Shown piece after piece: positions 19,587-29,187 of a DNA stretch of 64,000 nt. Under the pieces are notes generated by a model. It searched no databases, had not been told where the DNA came from, and saw nothing but the letters and a program-made list of their open reading frames with translations. Within the stretch, counting starts at the first letter, position 1. The number at the start of each line of letters is the position of its first letter. The stretch spans positions 241,675 through 305,674 of the forward strand of contig CAWGEJ010000011.1 in NCBI GenBank assembly GCA_963821575.1, written 5' to 3'. A program made the translations under genes and the position numbers. The stretch comes from an uncultured Thermoleophilia bacterium. GTDB taxonomy: Bacteria > Actinomycetota > Thermoleophilia > Gaiellales > Gaiellaceae.

Positions 19587-20713
19587 GTGCGATCCAGGTC
19601 GCGGATCGACGTGCCCCCCGCCAGCGCGAGATTGAGGTCGATCTCGGCCAGCAGGTTCTGGATCAGCTCCTCGACGCCGCGGCGGCCGCCAACCGCGAGT
19701 GCGTAGGCATACGGGCGCCCGAGGAGGACCGCGTCGGCGCCGAGCGCCATCGCCTTCAGCACATCCGCAGCGCAGCGGATCCCGCCGTCCATCAGCACGA
19801 CCGCCTCCGGCAGCGCGTCACGGATCTCGACCAGCGCGTCGAGCGCGGCGACCGCGCCGTCGACCTGACGGCCGCCGTGGTTCGAGACGACGATCCCGTC
19901 GATGCCGTGCGCGAGCGCGCGCTGGGCATCGTCGGCGGTCAGCACGCCCTTCACGAGCAGCGGCAGCGTCGTCTGCTCGCGCAGCCAGTCGAGGTCGTCC
20001 CAGGTGAGGCCGAGATTCGGGAAGGTGGCGAGCATCATCGCGGCAGCGGTCAGCATGTCCTCTTGTGGGGTTTTCTCGAGCCGCGAGAGGAACACCGGGT
20101 CGGAGAAGTACTGGCCGCAGCCCTCACCCTTGATGAACGGCAGGTAGGCCTGGCGCAGGTCGCGTGGCCGCCAGCCGAGGGTCAGCGTGTCGAGGGTGAT
20201 GACGATCGCTCCGTAGCCGGCGTCCTCGGCGCGGCGCACGAAGCTCGCGCAGATCTCCCGGTCGTTCACCCAGTAGAGCTGGAACCAGCGCGGTGCGCTC
20301 GTCGCGGCCACGTCCTCGATCGAATGGGTCGCGGCGCTCGAGAGCACCATCGGCACACCGGACGACGCGGACGCCTCCCCCACCGCGACCTCGGCGGCTT
20401 CGTGCGCGATCGAGAGGACCCCGATCGGAGCGAGGAAGAATGGCCCCGGCGAATGCATTCCGAGCACGTCGACCGAGAGGTCGCGCACCACGTTGCCGGT
20501 GAGCATGCGCGGACGGAGCCGCCAGTCCGCGAAGGCATCGAGATTCGCGCGCAGCGTCGACTCGGCCCCTGCGCCGCCTGCGATATAGCCGAAGGCCCCC
20601 GGATCGAGCCTCTCCTCCGCGACCCGCTCCCAGTCGGCGGCCGTGATCGGCCACTCCGGCGGCTGCTGCGCGATGTAGATCGCGTTCTGGATCATCGCCC
20701 CGGAGAAGCTCAC
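19568..20713 (-). CDS. FMN-dependent alpha-hydroxy-acid oxidase, lactate 2-monooxygenase-like
   Basis: 381 aa with AGGAGAESTLRANLDAF..WRLRPRML, FQLYWVNDREICASFVRRAEDAGYGAIVITLDTLTLGWRPRDL and VSNHGGRQVDG. The start is GTG at 20713 or ATG at 20695. Confidence 0.8.
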   Translation of the reverse strand: MSFSGAMIQNAIYIAQQPPEWPITAADWERVAEERLDPGAFGYIAGGAGAESTLRANLDAFADWRLRPRMLTGNVVRDLSVDVLGMHSPGPFFLAPIGVLSIAHEAAEVAVGEASASSGVPMVLSSAATHSIEDVAATSAPRWFQLYWVNDREICASFVRRAEDAGYGAIVITLDTLTLGWRPRDLRQAYLPFIKGEGCGQYFSDPVFLSRLEKTPQEDMLTAAAMMLATFPNLGLTWDDLDWLREQTTLPLLVKGVLTADDAQRALAHGIDGIVVSNHGGRQVDGAVAALDALVEIRDALPEAVVLMDGGIRCAADVLKAMALGADAVLLGRPYAYALAVGGRRGVEELIQNLLAEIDLNLALAGGTSIRDLDRTWLTRA

Positions 20714-20794
20714 CAGCCGATCCTAAACCGGCGCGATGGAACGCCCCATCGACACCCTGTGCGGGCCGCTGCTCTTGGGTGCGTGCGGGAGCAG

Positions 20795-20851
20795 CCGTTC
20801 CGAAGGATCGGTACCTGGTACCTCAGGTACCAGGTACCTGGTCTTGCGAAG
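20795..20851. repeat. KpnI-site-rich palindromic element, copy 1 (four GGTACC)
   Basis: CCGTTCCGAAGGATCGG, then the perfect palindrome GGTACCTGGTACCT-C-AGGTACCAGGTACC (20810-20838), then TGGTCTTGCGAAG. A near-identical copy lies at 51652-51700. Confidence 0.9.
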
Positions 20852-20893
20852 CTGAGCGCGGCGAGCCGAGCCGGTTCGGTCCAACAGCTGGAG

Positions 20894-20964
20894 AGGCGCC
20901 TAGCAGATTCGAACTGCTGTAAACGGCTTTGCAGGCCGCTGCCTAACCACTCGGCCAAGGCGCC
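20894..20964 (-). tRNA. tRNA-Cys: tRNA-Cys (GCA)
   Basis: The reverse complement GGCGCCTTGGCCGAGTGGTTAGGCAGCGGCCTGCAAAGCCGTTTACAGCAGTTCGAATCTGCTAGGCGCCT folds as a cloverleaf. Acceptor GGCGCCT/AGGCGCC, anticodon loop CUGCAAA. CCA is not encoded. Confidence 0.9.
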
Positions 20965-20974
20965 AGGGGGCGGA

Positions 20975-20980
20975 ATGGTA
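20975..20980 (-). promoter_or_regulatory. candidate -10 box TACCAT for tRNA-Cys
   Basis: A TANNNT hexamer 10 nt upstream of the mature 5' end, embedded in GCCGATACCAT (compare GCCGATACAAT upstream of tRNA-Trp). Confidence 0.35.
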
Positions 20981-21039
20981 TCGGCAGGCCCGCGTTCGTC
21001 CAGATCCGGAGGACATGGGTTCACACGGCCTTTCGCCGG

Positions 21040-22323
21040 GTGAATGGCGCATATACAGTCGCGGGTGCAGTGTCGTTGCAGGAACGCAGCGCTACCCAGC
21101 GCGTCCAGGAGGCCCGCGAGCGCTACGTCGCGCGCGGTGTCTCTACCCCGCCGCTCGTCGTCGACCGCGCCGAAGGCGCCCGCATCTGGGACGCCGAGGG
21201 GCGCGAGTACATCGACTTCGCGGGTGGGCTGGGCTGCGCCAACCTGGGCCACAACCTCCCTGCGGTGGTCGACGCGGTCCACGCGCAAGTCGACCGCTAT
21301 ATGCACCAGTGCTTCATGGTCGGGATGTACGAGCCGTACGTGGAGGTGTGCCGGAGGCTTGCGGAGCTCTCACCGTGCCGGGGCGCGGACCAGAAGTCGA
21401 TCCTCCTGAACAGCGGCGCGGAAGCGGTCGAGAACGCCGTCAAGATCGCCCGGGTCGCAACCGGCCGGCCGGCGGTCCTCGTGTTCGAGAACGCGTTCCA
21501 CGGCCGGACGCTCCTCTCGATGACCATGACCTCGAAGGTCGTCCCCTACAAGGCGGGCTTCGGGCCCTTCGCGCCCGAGGTCTACCGGGCGCCGGCGCCG
21601 TACCCGTTCCGCGGGGTCAGCGAGGACGACGCGATCGCGGGCCTCGAGTCGCTCTTCAAGGCCGGCGTCGACCCGAAGTCGGTCGCCTGCGCAGTGCTCG
21701 AGCCGGTGCAGGGCGAGGGCGGCTTCATCCCGATGACGCCGGACTTCCCGCGCCGCCTGCAGGAGCTGCTCGACACCCACGGGATCCTCTATGTGAACGA
21801 CGAGATCCAGTCGGGCTGCGGCCGCACAGGGCCTGTGTGGGCGATCGAGAATTACGGCGTCGAGCCGGATCTGCTCGTGTCGGGCAAGACGCTCGGCGGC
21901 GGCCTGCCGCTCGCAGCGGTCACCGGCCGCGCCGAGTTGATGGACGCGGTCCCGCCGGGCGGGCTCGGCGGCACGTTCGGGGGCAACCCGCTCGCGTGTG
22001 CCGCGGCCGTCGCGATCCTCGACGCGCTCGCCGAGCAGCGGCCGCGGGCGGAGGAGATCGGCACCCGCCTGCGCGAGCGCCTCGAGGCGATGGCACCGGA
22101 AGGCTCGGAGGTGCGGGGAATCGGGCCGATGATCGCGCTCGAGCTCCCGGAGCGAAACGGCGACGAGGCGGCCAGAATCACTGCTGCGGCGCGTGAGCAG
22201 GGGCTGATGCTCCTGTCGTGTGGGATCTACGGCAACGTGATCCGGATCCTCGTGCCGTTCACGATCGGCGACGAGGAGCTCGAGCGCGGGCTCGACATCC
22301 TGGAAAAGACGCTTGGCCGCTGA
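21040..22323 (+). CDS. gabT: class-III aminotransferase, 4-aminobutyrate aminotransferase-like
   Basis: 427 aa with DAEGREYIDFAGGLGCANLGH, LLNSGAEAVENAVKIAR, FHGRT and DEIQSGCGRTG. Confidence 0.8.
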   Translation: MNGAYTVAGAVSLQERSATQRVQEARERYVARGVSTPPLVVDRAEGARIWDAEGREYIDFAGGLGCANLGHNLPAVVDAVHAQVDRYMHQCFMVGMYEPYVEVCRRLAELSPCRGADQKSILLNSGAEAVENAVKIARVATGRPAVLVFENAFHGRTLLSMTMTSKVVPYKAGFGPFAPEVYRAPAPYPFRGVSEDDAIAGLESLFKAGVDPKSVACAVLEPVQGEGGFIPMTPDFPRRLQELLDTHGILYVNDEIQSGCGRTGPVWAIENYGVEPDLLVSGKTLGGGLPLAAVTGRAELMDAVPPGGLGGTFGGNPLACAAAVAILDALAEQRPRAEEIGTRLRERLEAMAPEGSEVRGIGPMIALELPERNGDEAARITAAAREQGLMLLSCGIYGNVIRILVPFTIGDEELERGLDILEKTLGR

Positions 22324-23299
22324 GGTACACGTCGAGGGAATTCGGAAGAGCTACGCGGACGTCGTCGCCGTCGACACCGTCGACCTGACCGTCGGCGACG
22401 GAGAGTTCTTCACACTGCTCGGGCCGTCCGGCTCCGGCAAGACCACCACCCTCCGGATCATCGCAGGCTTCGAGCGCCCGGACGCCGGCCGCGTCACACT
22501 CGGCGGCGCCGACATCACCAACGAGCCGCCGTACTCCCGCGACGTCAACACCGTCTTCCAGGACTACGCGCTCTTCCCGCACATGACGGTCGCGGAGAAC
22601 GTCGGGTACGGGCTCAAGGTGAAGGGCGTCGCGCGCGCCGAGCGGAAGAGCCAGGTCGACGACGTGCTGCGCATGGTGAGGCTCGACGGGTTCGGCGGGC
22701 GCAAGCCCGTCCAGCTTTCGGGCGGCCAGCGCCAGCGGGTTGCCCTCGCACGGTCGATCGTCAACCGACCGAAGGTCCTCCTGCTCGACGAGCCGCTGGG
22801 CGCACTCGACCTGAAGCTGCGCCAGGAGATGCAGATCTTCCTCAAGTCGCTCCAACGCGAGCTCGGGATGACGTTCCTCTACGTCACGCACGACCAGGAA
22901 GAGGCGCTGACGATGAGCGATCACGTCGCCGTCTTCAACAACGGGAAGATCGAGCAGGTCGGCTCGCCGACCGAGGTCTACGAGCAGCCTGCGACCGAGT
23001 TCGTCGCCGGCTTCGTCGGCACCTCGAACATCCTCGAGCGCGGCGGCAAGCGGCTCTCGGTCCGGCCGGAACGGATCGAGCTCAACGGCAACGGTGATCC
23101 CGGCGTCATTGCCGATGTCGTGTTCGTCGGCGCCTTCAGGCGCATCCTGGTCGACACCGACGCCGGCGAGCGTCTGACGGTCGTGCGACCGAACATCGGT
23201 GCAACCGTCGAACCAGGCACGCGCGTCCACCTCTCATGGCGAGATGAAGACGCATACGAGATCCAACCCCCCGTAACCACTCTCGAGCAGGAGGAGTAG
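22313..23299 (+). CDS. potA: spermidine/putrescine-type ABC transporter ATP-binding protein
   Basis: TTG start; GPSGSGKTT, LSGGQRQRVALAR, LLLDEPLGALD and a C-terminal TOBE-like tail. Confidence 0.8.
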   Translation: MAAEVHVEGIRKSYADVVAVDTVDLTVGDGEFFTLLGPSGSGKTTTLRIIAGFERPDAGRVTLGGADITNEPPYSRDVNTVFQDYALFPHMTVAENVGYGLKVKGVARAERKSQVDDVLRMVRLDGFGGRKPVQLSGGQRQRVALARSIVNRPKVLLLDEPLGALDLKLRQEMQIFLKSLQRELGMTFLYVTHDQEEALTMSDHVAVFNNGKIEQVGSPTEVYEQPATEFVAGFVGTSNILERGGKRLSVRPERIELNGNGDPGVIADVVFVGAFRRILVDTDAGERLTVVRPNIGATVEPGTRVHLSWRDEDAYEIQPPVTTLEQEE

Positions 23300-24415
23300 A
23301 TGACAAAGCGCATGTGGGCGCTGCTCGCGACCCTTGCGGTCGCCGCGGCGTTCCCGGCGGCAGGCGCGACGAGGGCGTCCGGCGGCACACTGAACATGAT
23401 CGCCTGGGAGGGATACCTCCAGCCCCAGTGGGTGAAGCCGTTCGAGAAGCAGAGCGGCTGCACGATCCACCCGAAGTACGCGGGCTCGTCGGACGAGATG
23501 GTCACGCTGATGCGCTCCGGCGGCGGCAGCCAGTACGACATGGTGTCCGCATCGGGTGACGCGTCGCTGCGGCTGATCTACGGGCACGACGTCCAGACCG
23601 TCGACCCGGCGAAGGTGCCCGACTTCAAGAACTTCGGGAAGGCGTTCCAGTCGCCGCCGAACAACACCGTCGACGGCAAGCACTACGGCATCTCGCTGCA
23701 GTGGGGCCCGAACACCCTGCTCTACAACACGCAGAAGGTGAAGCCGGCTCCCACGTCGTGGTCGGTGATCTACAGCCCAAAGTACAAGGGCAAGATCACG
23801 GTGCCGGATAACCCGATCCAGATCGCGGACGCCGCGCTGTATCTGATGAAGACGCAGGCGTCGCTCGGCATCAAGGATCCGTACGAGCTGAACTCGACCC
23901 AGTTCAACGCGGCGGTCAACCTGCTCAAGAAGCAGAAGCCGCTGATCAAGAAATACTGGGCACTCGCCTCGGACGAGATCGATCTGTTCAAGAACGGTGA
24001 CGCCATCGTCGGCGCATCGTGGCCGTACCAGACCAACACGCTGATCGCGGCCAAGGCGCCGGTCAAGGATCTCGTGCCGAAGGAAGGCGCGACCGGCTGG
24101 CTCGACACGTGGATGGTCTCCGCTCACACGAAGAACCTCGACTGCGCCACCAAGTGGCTGGCCTACGTCTCGACCCCGAAGGTGCAGGCCGAGCAGGCCA
24201 TCTACTTCGGCGAGACGCCCGTCAACTCGAAGGCGTGCCCGATCATGAACAGCCTGTCCAAGGGCTCGTGTGCGCAGTACCACGCGAACGCGCCGCTCAA
24301 GTACTTCAAGCAGATCTACTTCTGGAAGACACCGATCGCCGACTGCGGCAACGGCCAGAAGAACTGCATGGACTACACGAAGTGGCAGCAGGCCTGGACA
24401 CAGCTCAAGGGCTGA
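23300..24415 (+). CDS. potD: spermidine/putrescine-type ABC transporter substrate-binding protein
   Basis: 371 aa with signal peptide MTKRMWALLATLAVAAAFPAAGA, then LNMIAWEGYLQPQW..., a PotD/PotF-like extracellular solute-binding fold. Confidence 0.75.
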   Translation: MTKRMWALLATLAVAAAFPAAGATRASGGTLNMIAWEGYLQPQWVKPFEKQSGCTIHPKYAGSSDEMVTLMRSGGGSQYDMVSASGDASLRLIYGHDVQTVDPAKVPDFKNFGKAFQSPPNNTVDGKHYGISLQWGPNTLLYNTQKVKPAPTSWSVIYSPKYKGKITVPDNPIQIADAALYLMKTQASLGIKDPYELNSTQFNAAVNLLKKQKPLIKKYWALASDEIDLFKNGDAIVGASWPYQTNTLIAAKAPVKDLVPKEGATGWLDTWMVSAHTKNLDCATKWLAYVSTPKVQAEQAIYFGETPVNSKACPIMNSLSKGSCAQYHANAPLKYFKQIYFWKTPIADCGNGQKNCMDYTKWQQAWTQLKG

Positions 24416-25275
24416 ACTCGAGCCGGCGAGCGCGTCGCTTCGGCGGCGCGCTCGCCTTGCTCGGCACGCCGATGGGGTTCTTCCTCGCGGTCTACATCGC
24501 GGCGCTCGTCGCGCTGTTCATCTCCTCGTTCTGGACCGTCAACAGCTTCACCGGCGAGCTCGAGAAGACATGGACGACCGCGAACTTCTCGACCCTTTGG
24601 CACGGATCGGTCTACCACACGGTCGCGCTGCGCACGATCGGCATCGCCGCCGCCGTCACGATCACCGATGCGGTTCTGGCATTCCCGTTCGCCTATTTCA
24701 TGGCCCGCGTCGCCTCACCGCATGTCCGCTCGATCCTCTTCGTGCTGACGCTGCTCCCGCTGTGGGCGAGCTACCTCGCGCGGGTGTACGCCTGGCGGCT
24801 CATCCTCGACCACGACGGGATCCTCAACTGGTCGCTCCACAAGCTGGGGCTCCCGTCGGCGAACATCGCCTACACGAATACGGCGGTCTGGATCGTCTTC
24901 TCGTACATCTGGCTGCCGTTCATGATCCTGCCGGTCTACGCGTCCCTCGAGCGCATCCCCCACTCCTACATCGAAGCCTCGCGCGACCTCGGCGCGCGCG
25001 GTGCCCGGACGCTCAGGACCGTGATCCTGCCGCTCGCGCTGCCCGGCATCGTGGCCGGCTCGATCTTCACGTTCTCGCTCACCCTGGGCGACTACATCAC
25101 CCCGCTCCTGATCGGCGGCAGCGGCGGCACGCAGTTCATCGGCAACGTGGTCTACGACTCGGTGAACATCTCCAGCAACCTGCCCTTCGCGGCGGCCTAC
25201 GCGACCGTGCCCCTGATCGTCATGGGCGCATACCTCCTGATCGCGCGCCGGCTCGGCGCGTTCGACGCGTTGTAA
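24382..25275 (+). CDS. potB: ABC transporter permease (PotB-like)
   Basis: BPD permease with the EAA-type loop [27 protein letters not shown]. The start is uncertain (GTG 24382, TTG 24457 or ATG 24472). Confidence 0.75.
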   Translation: MAAGLDTAQGLNSSRRARRFGGALALLGTPMGFFLAVYIAALVALFISSFWTVNSFTGELEKTWTTANFSTLWHGSVYHTVALRTIGIAAAVTITDAVLAFPFAYFMARVASPHVRSILFVLTLLPLWASYLARVYAWRLILDHDGILNWSLHKLGLPSANIAYTNTAVWIVFSYIWLPFMILPVYASLERIPHSYIEASRDLGARGARTLRTVILPLALPGIVAGSIFTFSLTLGDYITPLLIGGSGGTQFIGNVVYDSVNISSNLPFAAAYATVPLIVMGAYLLIARRLGAFDAL

Positions 25276-26072
25276 TGGAAAGGCGTGGGACACGGATCGC
25301 ACTCGGCATCTTCACGCTGCTCGTGCTCGCCTTCCTCTACGTGCCGATCGCGCTGATCTGTGTCTACGCGTTCAACGAGTCGAACGTCCAGAGCTGGCCG
25401 ATCGCCGGGTTCACCACCAAGTGGTTCTCACCGGCGCTCCACGACCAAGCGATGCAGCAGGCACTCTGGCTGTCGCTGAAGTGCGCGGCCCTCGCAACGT
25501 TGCTCGCCCTGGTGCTGGGATCGATGGCGGCGTTCGGCGTGCACCGCTTCCGCTTCTTCGGTCGCGAGATGGTGTCGTTCATCCTCGTGCTGCCGATCGC
25601 GCTTCCTGGGATCATCACCGGCATGGCGCTCAGCTCGTACTTCACCTTCTGGGGCTGGAACCTGTCGATCTGGACGATCATCGTCGGCCATGCCACCTTC
25701 TGCGTCGTCGTCGTCTACAACAACGTGCTCGCGCGACTGCGCCGCGTGCCAGGCTCACTCGAAGAGGCGTCGATGGACCTGGGCGCCAACCGACGCAAGA
25801 CGTTCGTCTACGTGACCCTGCCGACGATCTCAACCGCGCTCGTGTCGGGCGCGCTCCTCGCGTTTGCGCTGTCGTTCGACGAGGTGATCGTCACGACGTT
25901 CACAGCGGGGGCGCAGAACACGCTGCCCCTCTGGATCCTCGGCAACATTCGGCTCGGCCAGCAACTTCCCGAGGTGAACGTGATCGTGCTCCTGATCCTC
26001 GCCTTCACCATCTTCCCCGTGCTCTTGGCGCAGCGCCTGACCCGCGAGAGCGGAATCCTTCGCACCGAATAG
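25275..26072 (+). CDS. potC: ABC transporter permease (PotC-like)
   Basis: [24 protein letters not shown]... with the loop [22 protein letters not shown]. The ATG overlaps the potB TAA (TAATG). Confidence 0.8.
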   Translation: MERRGTRIALGIFTLLVLAFLYVPIALICVYAFNESNVQSWPIAGFTTKWFSPALHDQAMQQALWLSLKCAALATLLALVLGSMAAFGVHRFRFFGREMVSFILVLPIALPGIITGMALSSYFTFWGWNLSIWTIIVGHATFCVVVVYNNVLARLRRVPGSLEEASMDLGANRRKTFVYVTLPTISTALVSGALLAFALSFDEVIVTTFTAGAQNTLPLWILGNIRLGQQLPEVNVIVLLILAFTIFPVLLAQRLTRESGILRTE

Positions 26073-26083
26073 GAGGCCCCAGA

Positions 26084-27460
26084 ATGGCAACCATCGACGT
26101 CATCAATCCCGCCACAGCCGAGACGATCGACTCGGTCCCGTCCATGTCGGCCGAGCAGGTCGACGAGGTCGTCGAGACGGCCAAGCAGGCGCTTCCCGGC
26201 TGGCTCGACGCGACGCCGAAGGAACGCTCGGAGCTCCTGCACAAGCTCGCCGACGTGCTCGAGGACAATGCCGAGGAGCTCGCGCAGATCGAGTCGAGGA
26301 ACGTCGGCAAGCCGATCGGGCTCGCTCGCGAGGAGATGCCGTTCAGCGTCGACAACCTGCGCTTCTTCGCCGGCGCAGCACGGAATCTCGAGGGCAAGTC
26401 CGCCGGCGAGTACATCACCGGCTACACGTCTCTCGTGCGGCGCGAGCCGCTCGGAGTCGTGGCCGGGATCTGCCCGTGGAACTACCCGCTGATGATGGCG
26501 GTCTGGAAGATGGGGCCGGCCCTCGCGGCCGGCAACGTGCAGATCCTGAAGCCGTCGGAGCAGACGCCGATGTCGCTGCTTCGGTTCATCGACCTCGCGA
26601 AGGACGTGATCCCGGCAGGCGTCCTGCAGGTCGTGACCGGCGACGGTGTGCCGACCGGCGCCCGGCTCGTCGAGCATCCGGACATCCGCCTCGTCTCGCT
26701 GACCGGCGATGTCGAGACCGGCAAGACGATCGCCCGCAACGGCGCTGCGAGCCTGAAGCGGATGCATCTGGAGCTCGGCGGCAAGGCACCGCTCGTCGTC
26801 TTCGACGACGCCGACGTCGACGCCGTCGCCGAGGGGATCAAGATCGCCGGCTATGCGAATTCGGGCCAGGACTGCACCGCCGGCTCGCGTGTGCTCGCAG
26901 GACCGAAGATCTACGACGCGCTGCTCGAGCGCCTCGTTCCCGCCGTCGAGTCGATCAAGATGGGCGACCCGTCCGAGGGCGAGGAGATCGAGATGGGCCC
27001 CGTGATCACGAAGGATCAGCAGGATCGCGTGCTCGGGTTCCTCGAACGGGCGAAGGGCGCAACGGTCCTGACGGGAGGCGAGGCGGGCCGCGACCGCGGG
27101 TTCTTCGTGCAGCCGACCGTCGTCACCGATGTCGGCCAGGACGACGAGATCGTGCAGGACGAGGTCTTCGGCCCGGTCGTCACCGTGCAGCGGTTCGCCG
27201 ACGACGACCAGGCGATCGCGTGGGCGAACGGCGTGCGCTACGGGCTTGCCGCCTCGGTGTGGACGCGGGACGTCGGGCGGGCGATGAACGCTGCGCGCAA
27301 GCTGCAGTTCGGCGCGGTGTGGGTCAACGACCACCTCGTCCCGATCGCCTCGGAGATGCCGCACGGCGGCTACAAGCAATCGGGCTACGGCAAGGACATG
27401 TCGATCTACTCGATGGAGGAGTACACCCAGATCAAGCACGTCGTCGTCAAGATCGACTGA
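26084..27460 (+). CDS. NAD-dependent aldehyde dehydrogenase, gamma-aminobutyraldehyde dehydrogenase-like
   Basis: ATG preceded by AGGAGG; [29 protein letters not shown] (catalytic Cys) and EVFGPV. Confidence 0.85.
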   Translation: MATIDVINPATAETIDSVPSMSAEQVDEVVETAKQALPGWLDATPKERSELLHKLADVLEDNAEELAQIESRNVGKPIGLAREEMPFSVDNLRFFAGAARNLEGKSAGEYITGYTSLVRREPLGVVAGICPWNYPLMMAVWKMGPALAAGNVQILKPSEQTPMSLLRFIDLAKDVIPAGVLQVVTGDGVPTGARLVEHPDIRLVSLTGDVETGKTIARNGAASLKRMHLELGGKAPLVVFDDADVDAVAEGIKIAGYANSGQDCTAGSRVLAGPKIYDALLERLVPAVESIKMGDPSEGEEIEMGPVITKDQQDRVLGFLERAKGATVLTGGEAGRDRGFFVQPTVVTDVGQDDEIVQDEVFGPVVTVQRFADDDQAIAWANGVRYGLAASVWTRDVGRAMNAARKLQFGAVWVNDHLVPIASEMPHGGYKQSGYGKDMSIYSMEEYTQIKHVVVKID

Positions 27461-27468
27461 TTCCCGTC

Positions 27469-27813
27469 GTGCCGGCGATCGAGCACGTGGCGCTGTGGAC
27501 CGACGATCTCGAAGGGCTGCGCTGGTGGTACGAGCGCTGGCTCGGCGGCCGTGCCGGTTCGCTCTACCGGCACGGCCCTTTCGCCTCCTACTTCCTCGAG
27601 TTCGAGGGCGGAGCGCGACTGGAGCTGATGCACCGGCCCGCCGAGGAGTGCGGGCTGCGCGCGCACGTCGCGTTCTCGCTGGGCTCGAAGGAGCTCGTCG
27701 ACGAGCTTGCGTCGGAGCTCGGTGCGGTAGACGGCCCGCGCACGACCGGCGACGGCTACTACGAGGCGGTCGTGCTCGACCCCGACGGGAACCGCATCGA
27801 GCTGACGGTGTAG
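27469..27813 (+). CDS. VOC/glyoxalase family protein
   Basis: 114 aa from GTG: VPAIEHVALWTDDLEGLRWWY...GYYEAVVLDPDGNRIEL. Confidence 0.7.
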   Translation: MPAIEHVALWTDDLEGLRWWYERWLGGRAGSLYRHGPFASYFLEFEGGARLELMHRPAEECGLRAHVAFSLGSKELVDELASELGAVDGPRTTGDGYYEAVVLDPDGNRIELTV

Positions 27814-27816
27814 CTG

Positions 27817-29178
27817 CTAGCGAATGCGGAACGCGGGTAGGAAGGTGTTCTTGGCGCAGCCCGTGTCGAGCCCGGTCGCCGAGCCGCGCTCGAGGAACCG
27901 GGCAATCAGCCCGGGCACGCAGCCGAGCTGTGCGATGCCGTGCCCCTGGCCGGGCGCGAGGATGACCTTCGCGTTCGGCATCGCCTGCTGCACCCCGGCC
28001 GAGTTCGCGGGGGGATCCTTCGGGTCGGCGCCGCCCTGGAGGACGAGTGTCGGCACGTTCGAGGTCACACGCGACCAGTCCTCGCCGGTTGCGTTCACCT
28101 GCGGCCAGGCCGCGCAGATCGCCGCCATCTGCTTCGCCGCGGGCACGCTGCTGTAGACCATGAAGGTGCCCTTGGCCTCCTGCGCGGCGACCGCCGGGTC
28201 ACGGACGGCCCACGGCTCGGTACACATGATGGCGAGCGGCATCACGGGAGTCGCAGCACTCGCTCCACCGATGGCCGCGATCTCCCGCGCCAGCGCGGTG
28301 TAGCTGCCGCTCTCGGCCTTGGCGAGCGTGAACGGCACCCGGGCGGCGCCGGCCGAGTAGGCGAGCAGCTCGTCGACGGCGTCCGCGGTCGCAGCGGCAT
28401 CGATGGTCAGGGTCCCGCGCTTGACCGGCTTGGCGGCGAGGCGGGCGAGCAGCGCCGGAAATCGATCGAACCAGTGCGGGAACGTCGTCGCGCACGCCGG
28501 GTCGCCCTTGCAGCGCTTGTCGAGGAGCTTGAGCGCGCGCTGTGCGCTCGTCGACCAGCGCTCGAAGACGGGCACGTCGAGCAGCGTCACACCGTCGAGG
28601 ACGACCGCTCTCACGGTCTCCGGGTGGCGCCGCAGATACACCTGCGCGGCCGTTGCGCCGTAGGAGCCGCCGTAGAGGTCGATCTGGCCGTAGCCGAGCG
28701 CCTGGCGAACGGCGTCGAGATCGTCCATCGCCTCCGGGGTCCGGTACATGGTCACGTCGGCGGTCACCTGACCGAGGCACTGGGCGACGAGATCGGCGAT
28801 CGAGCCTGCCAACGTCGCGATTGTGCATTGGAGCGGATTCGAGCCGCCGACGCCGCGCTGGTCGACGAAGACGATGTCGCGGTTCGCGTTGATCTCCGCG
28901 AAGCTCTGCGACGTCGCGGGCAGCTGGTCGAGGTCGACTCCGCCCGGCCCGCCGGTGATATAGAACAGCGGGTCGGCGCGGCGGGCCGTCTTCGTGGTCG
29001 CCGGCAGCACGGCGACGCTCAACTCGATTTGAGGGCTGTTCGGAAGCGCACGGTTCTCCGGGACGGAGACCTTCCCGCACTGGGCCTGGACGCCGCCGAT
29101 CGCGCACGCGGCTAGAAGGACCGGGATCCCGATCACAGGCTCGATTCTCTGCGGACGGCCGCTCGCGGCCATCGGCAA
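27817..29178 (-). CDS. secreted alpha/beta hydrolase (tripeptidyl-aminopeptidase-like)
   Basis: 453 aa with an N-terminal hydrophobic signal, FYITGGPGG, VFVDQRGVGGS and the nucleophile elbow YGGSYGAT. Confidence 0.75.
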   Translation of the reverse strand: MPMAASGRPQRIEPVIGIPVLLAACAIGGVQAQCGKVSVPENRALPNSPQIELSVAVLPATTKTARRADPLFYITGGPGGVDLDQLPATSQSFAEINANRDIVFVDQRGVGGSNPLQCTIATLAGSIADLVAQCLGQVTADVTMYRTPEAMDDLDAVRQALGYGQIDLYGGSYGATAAQVYLRRHPETVRAVVLDGVTLLDVPVFERWSTSAQRALKLLDKRCKGDPACATTFPHWFDRFPALLARLAAKPVKRGTLTIDAAATADAVDELLAYSAGAARVPFTLAKAESGSYTALAREIAAIGGASAATPVMPLAIMCTEPWAVRDPAVAAQEAKGTFMVYSSVPAAKQMAAICAAWPQVNATGEDWSRVTSNVPTLVLQGGADPKDPPANSAGVQQAMPNAKVILAPGQGHGIAQLGCVPGLIARFLERGSATGLDTGCAKNTFLPAFRIR

Positions 29179-29187
29179 ATCCTCGGA

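Noticed and set aside
18206-21043. Very long ORFs antisense to, or out of frame with, recognisable genes. Examples: 18206..21043 (+, 945 aa), 17131..19635 (+, 834 aa), 58176..60311 (+, 711 aa), 5934..7556 (-), 54..1355 (+).
   Set aside because: Their translations are Arg/Pro/Ala/Gly-rich low-complexity strings, and they overlap genes with clear family motifs. Stop-poor alternative frames are expected in DNA this GC-rich.
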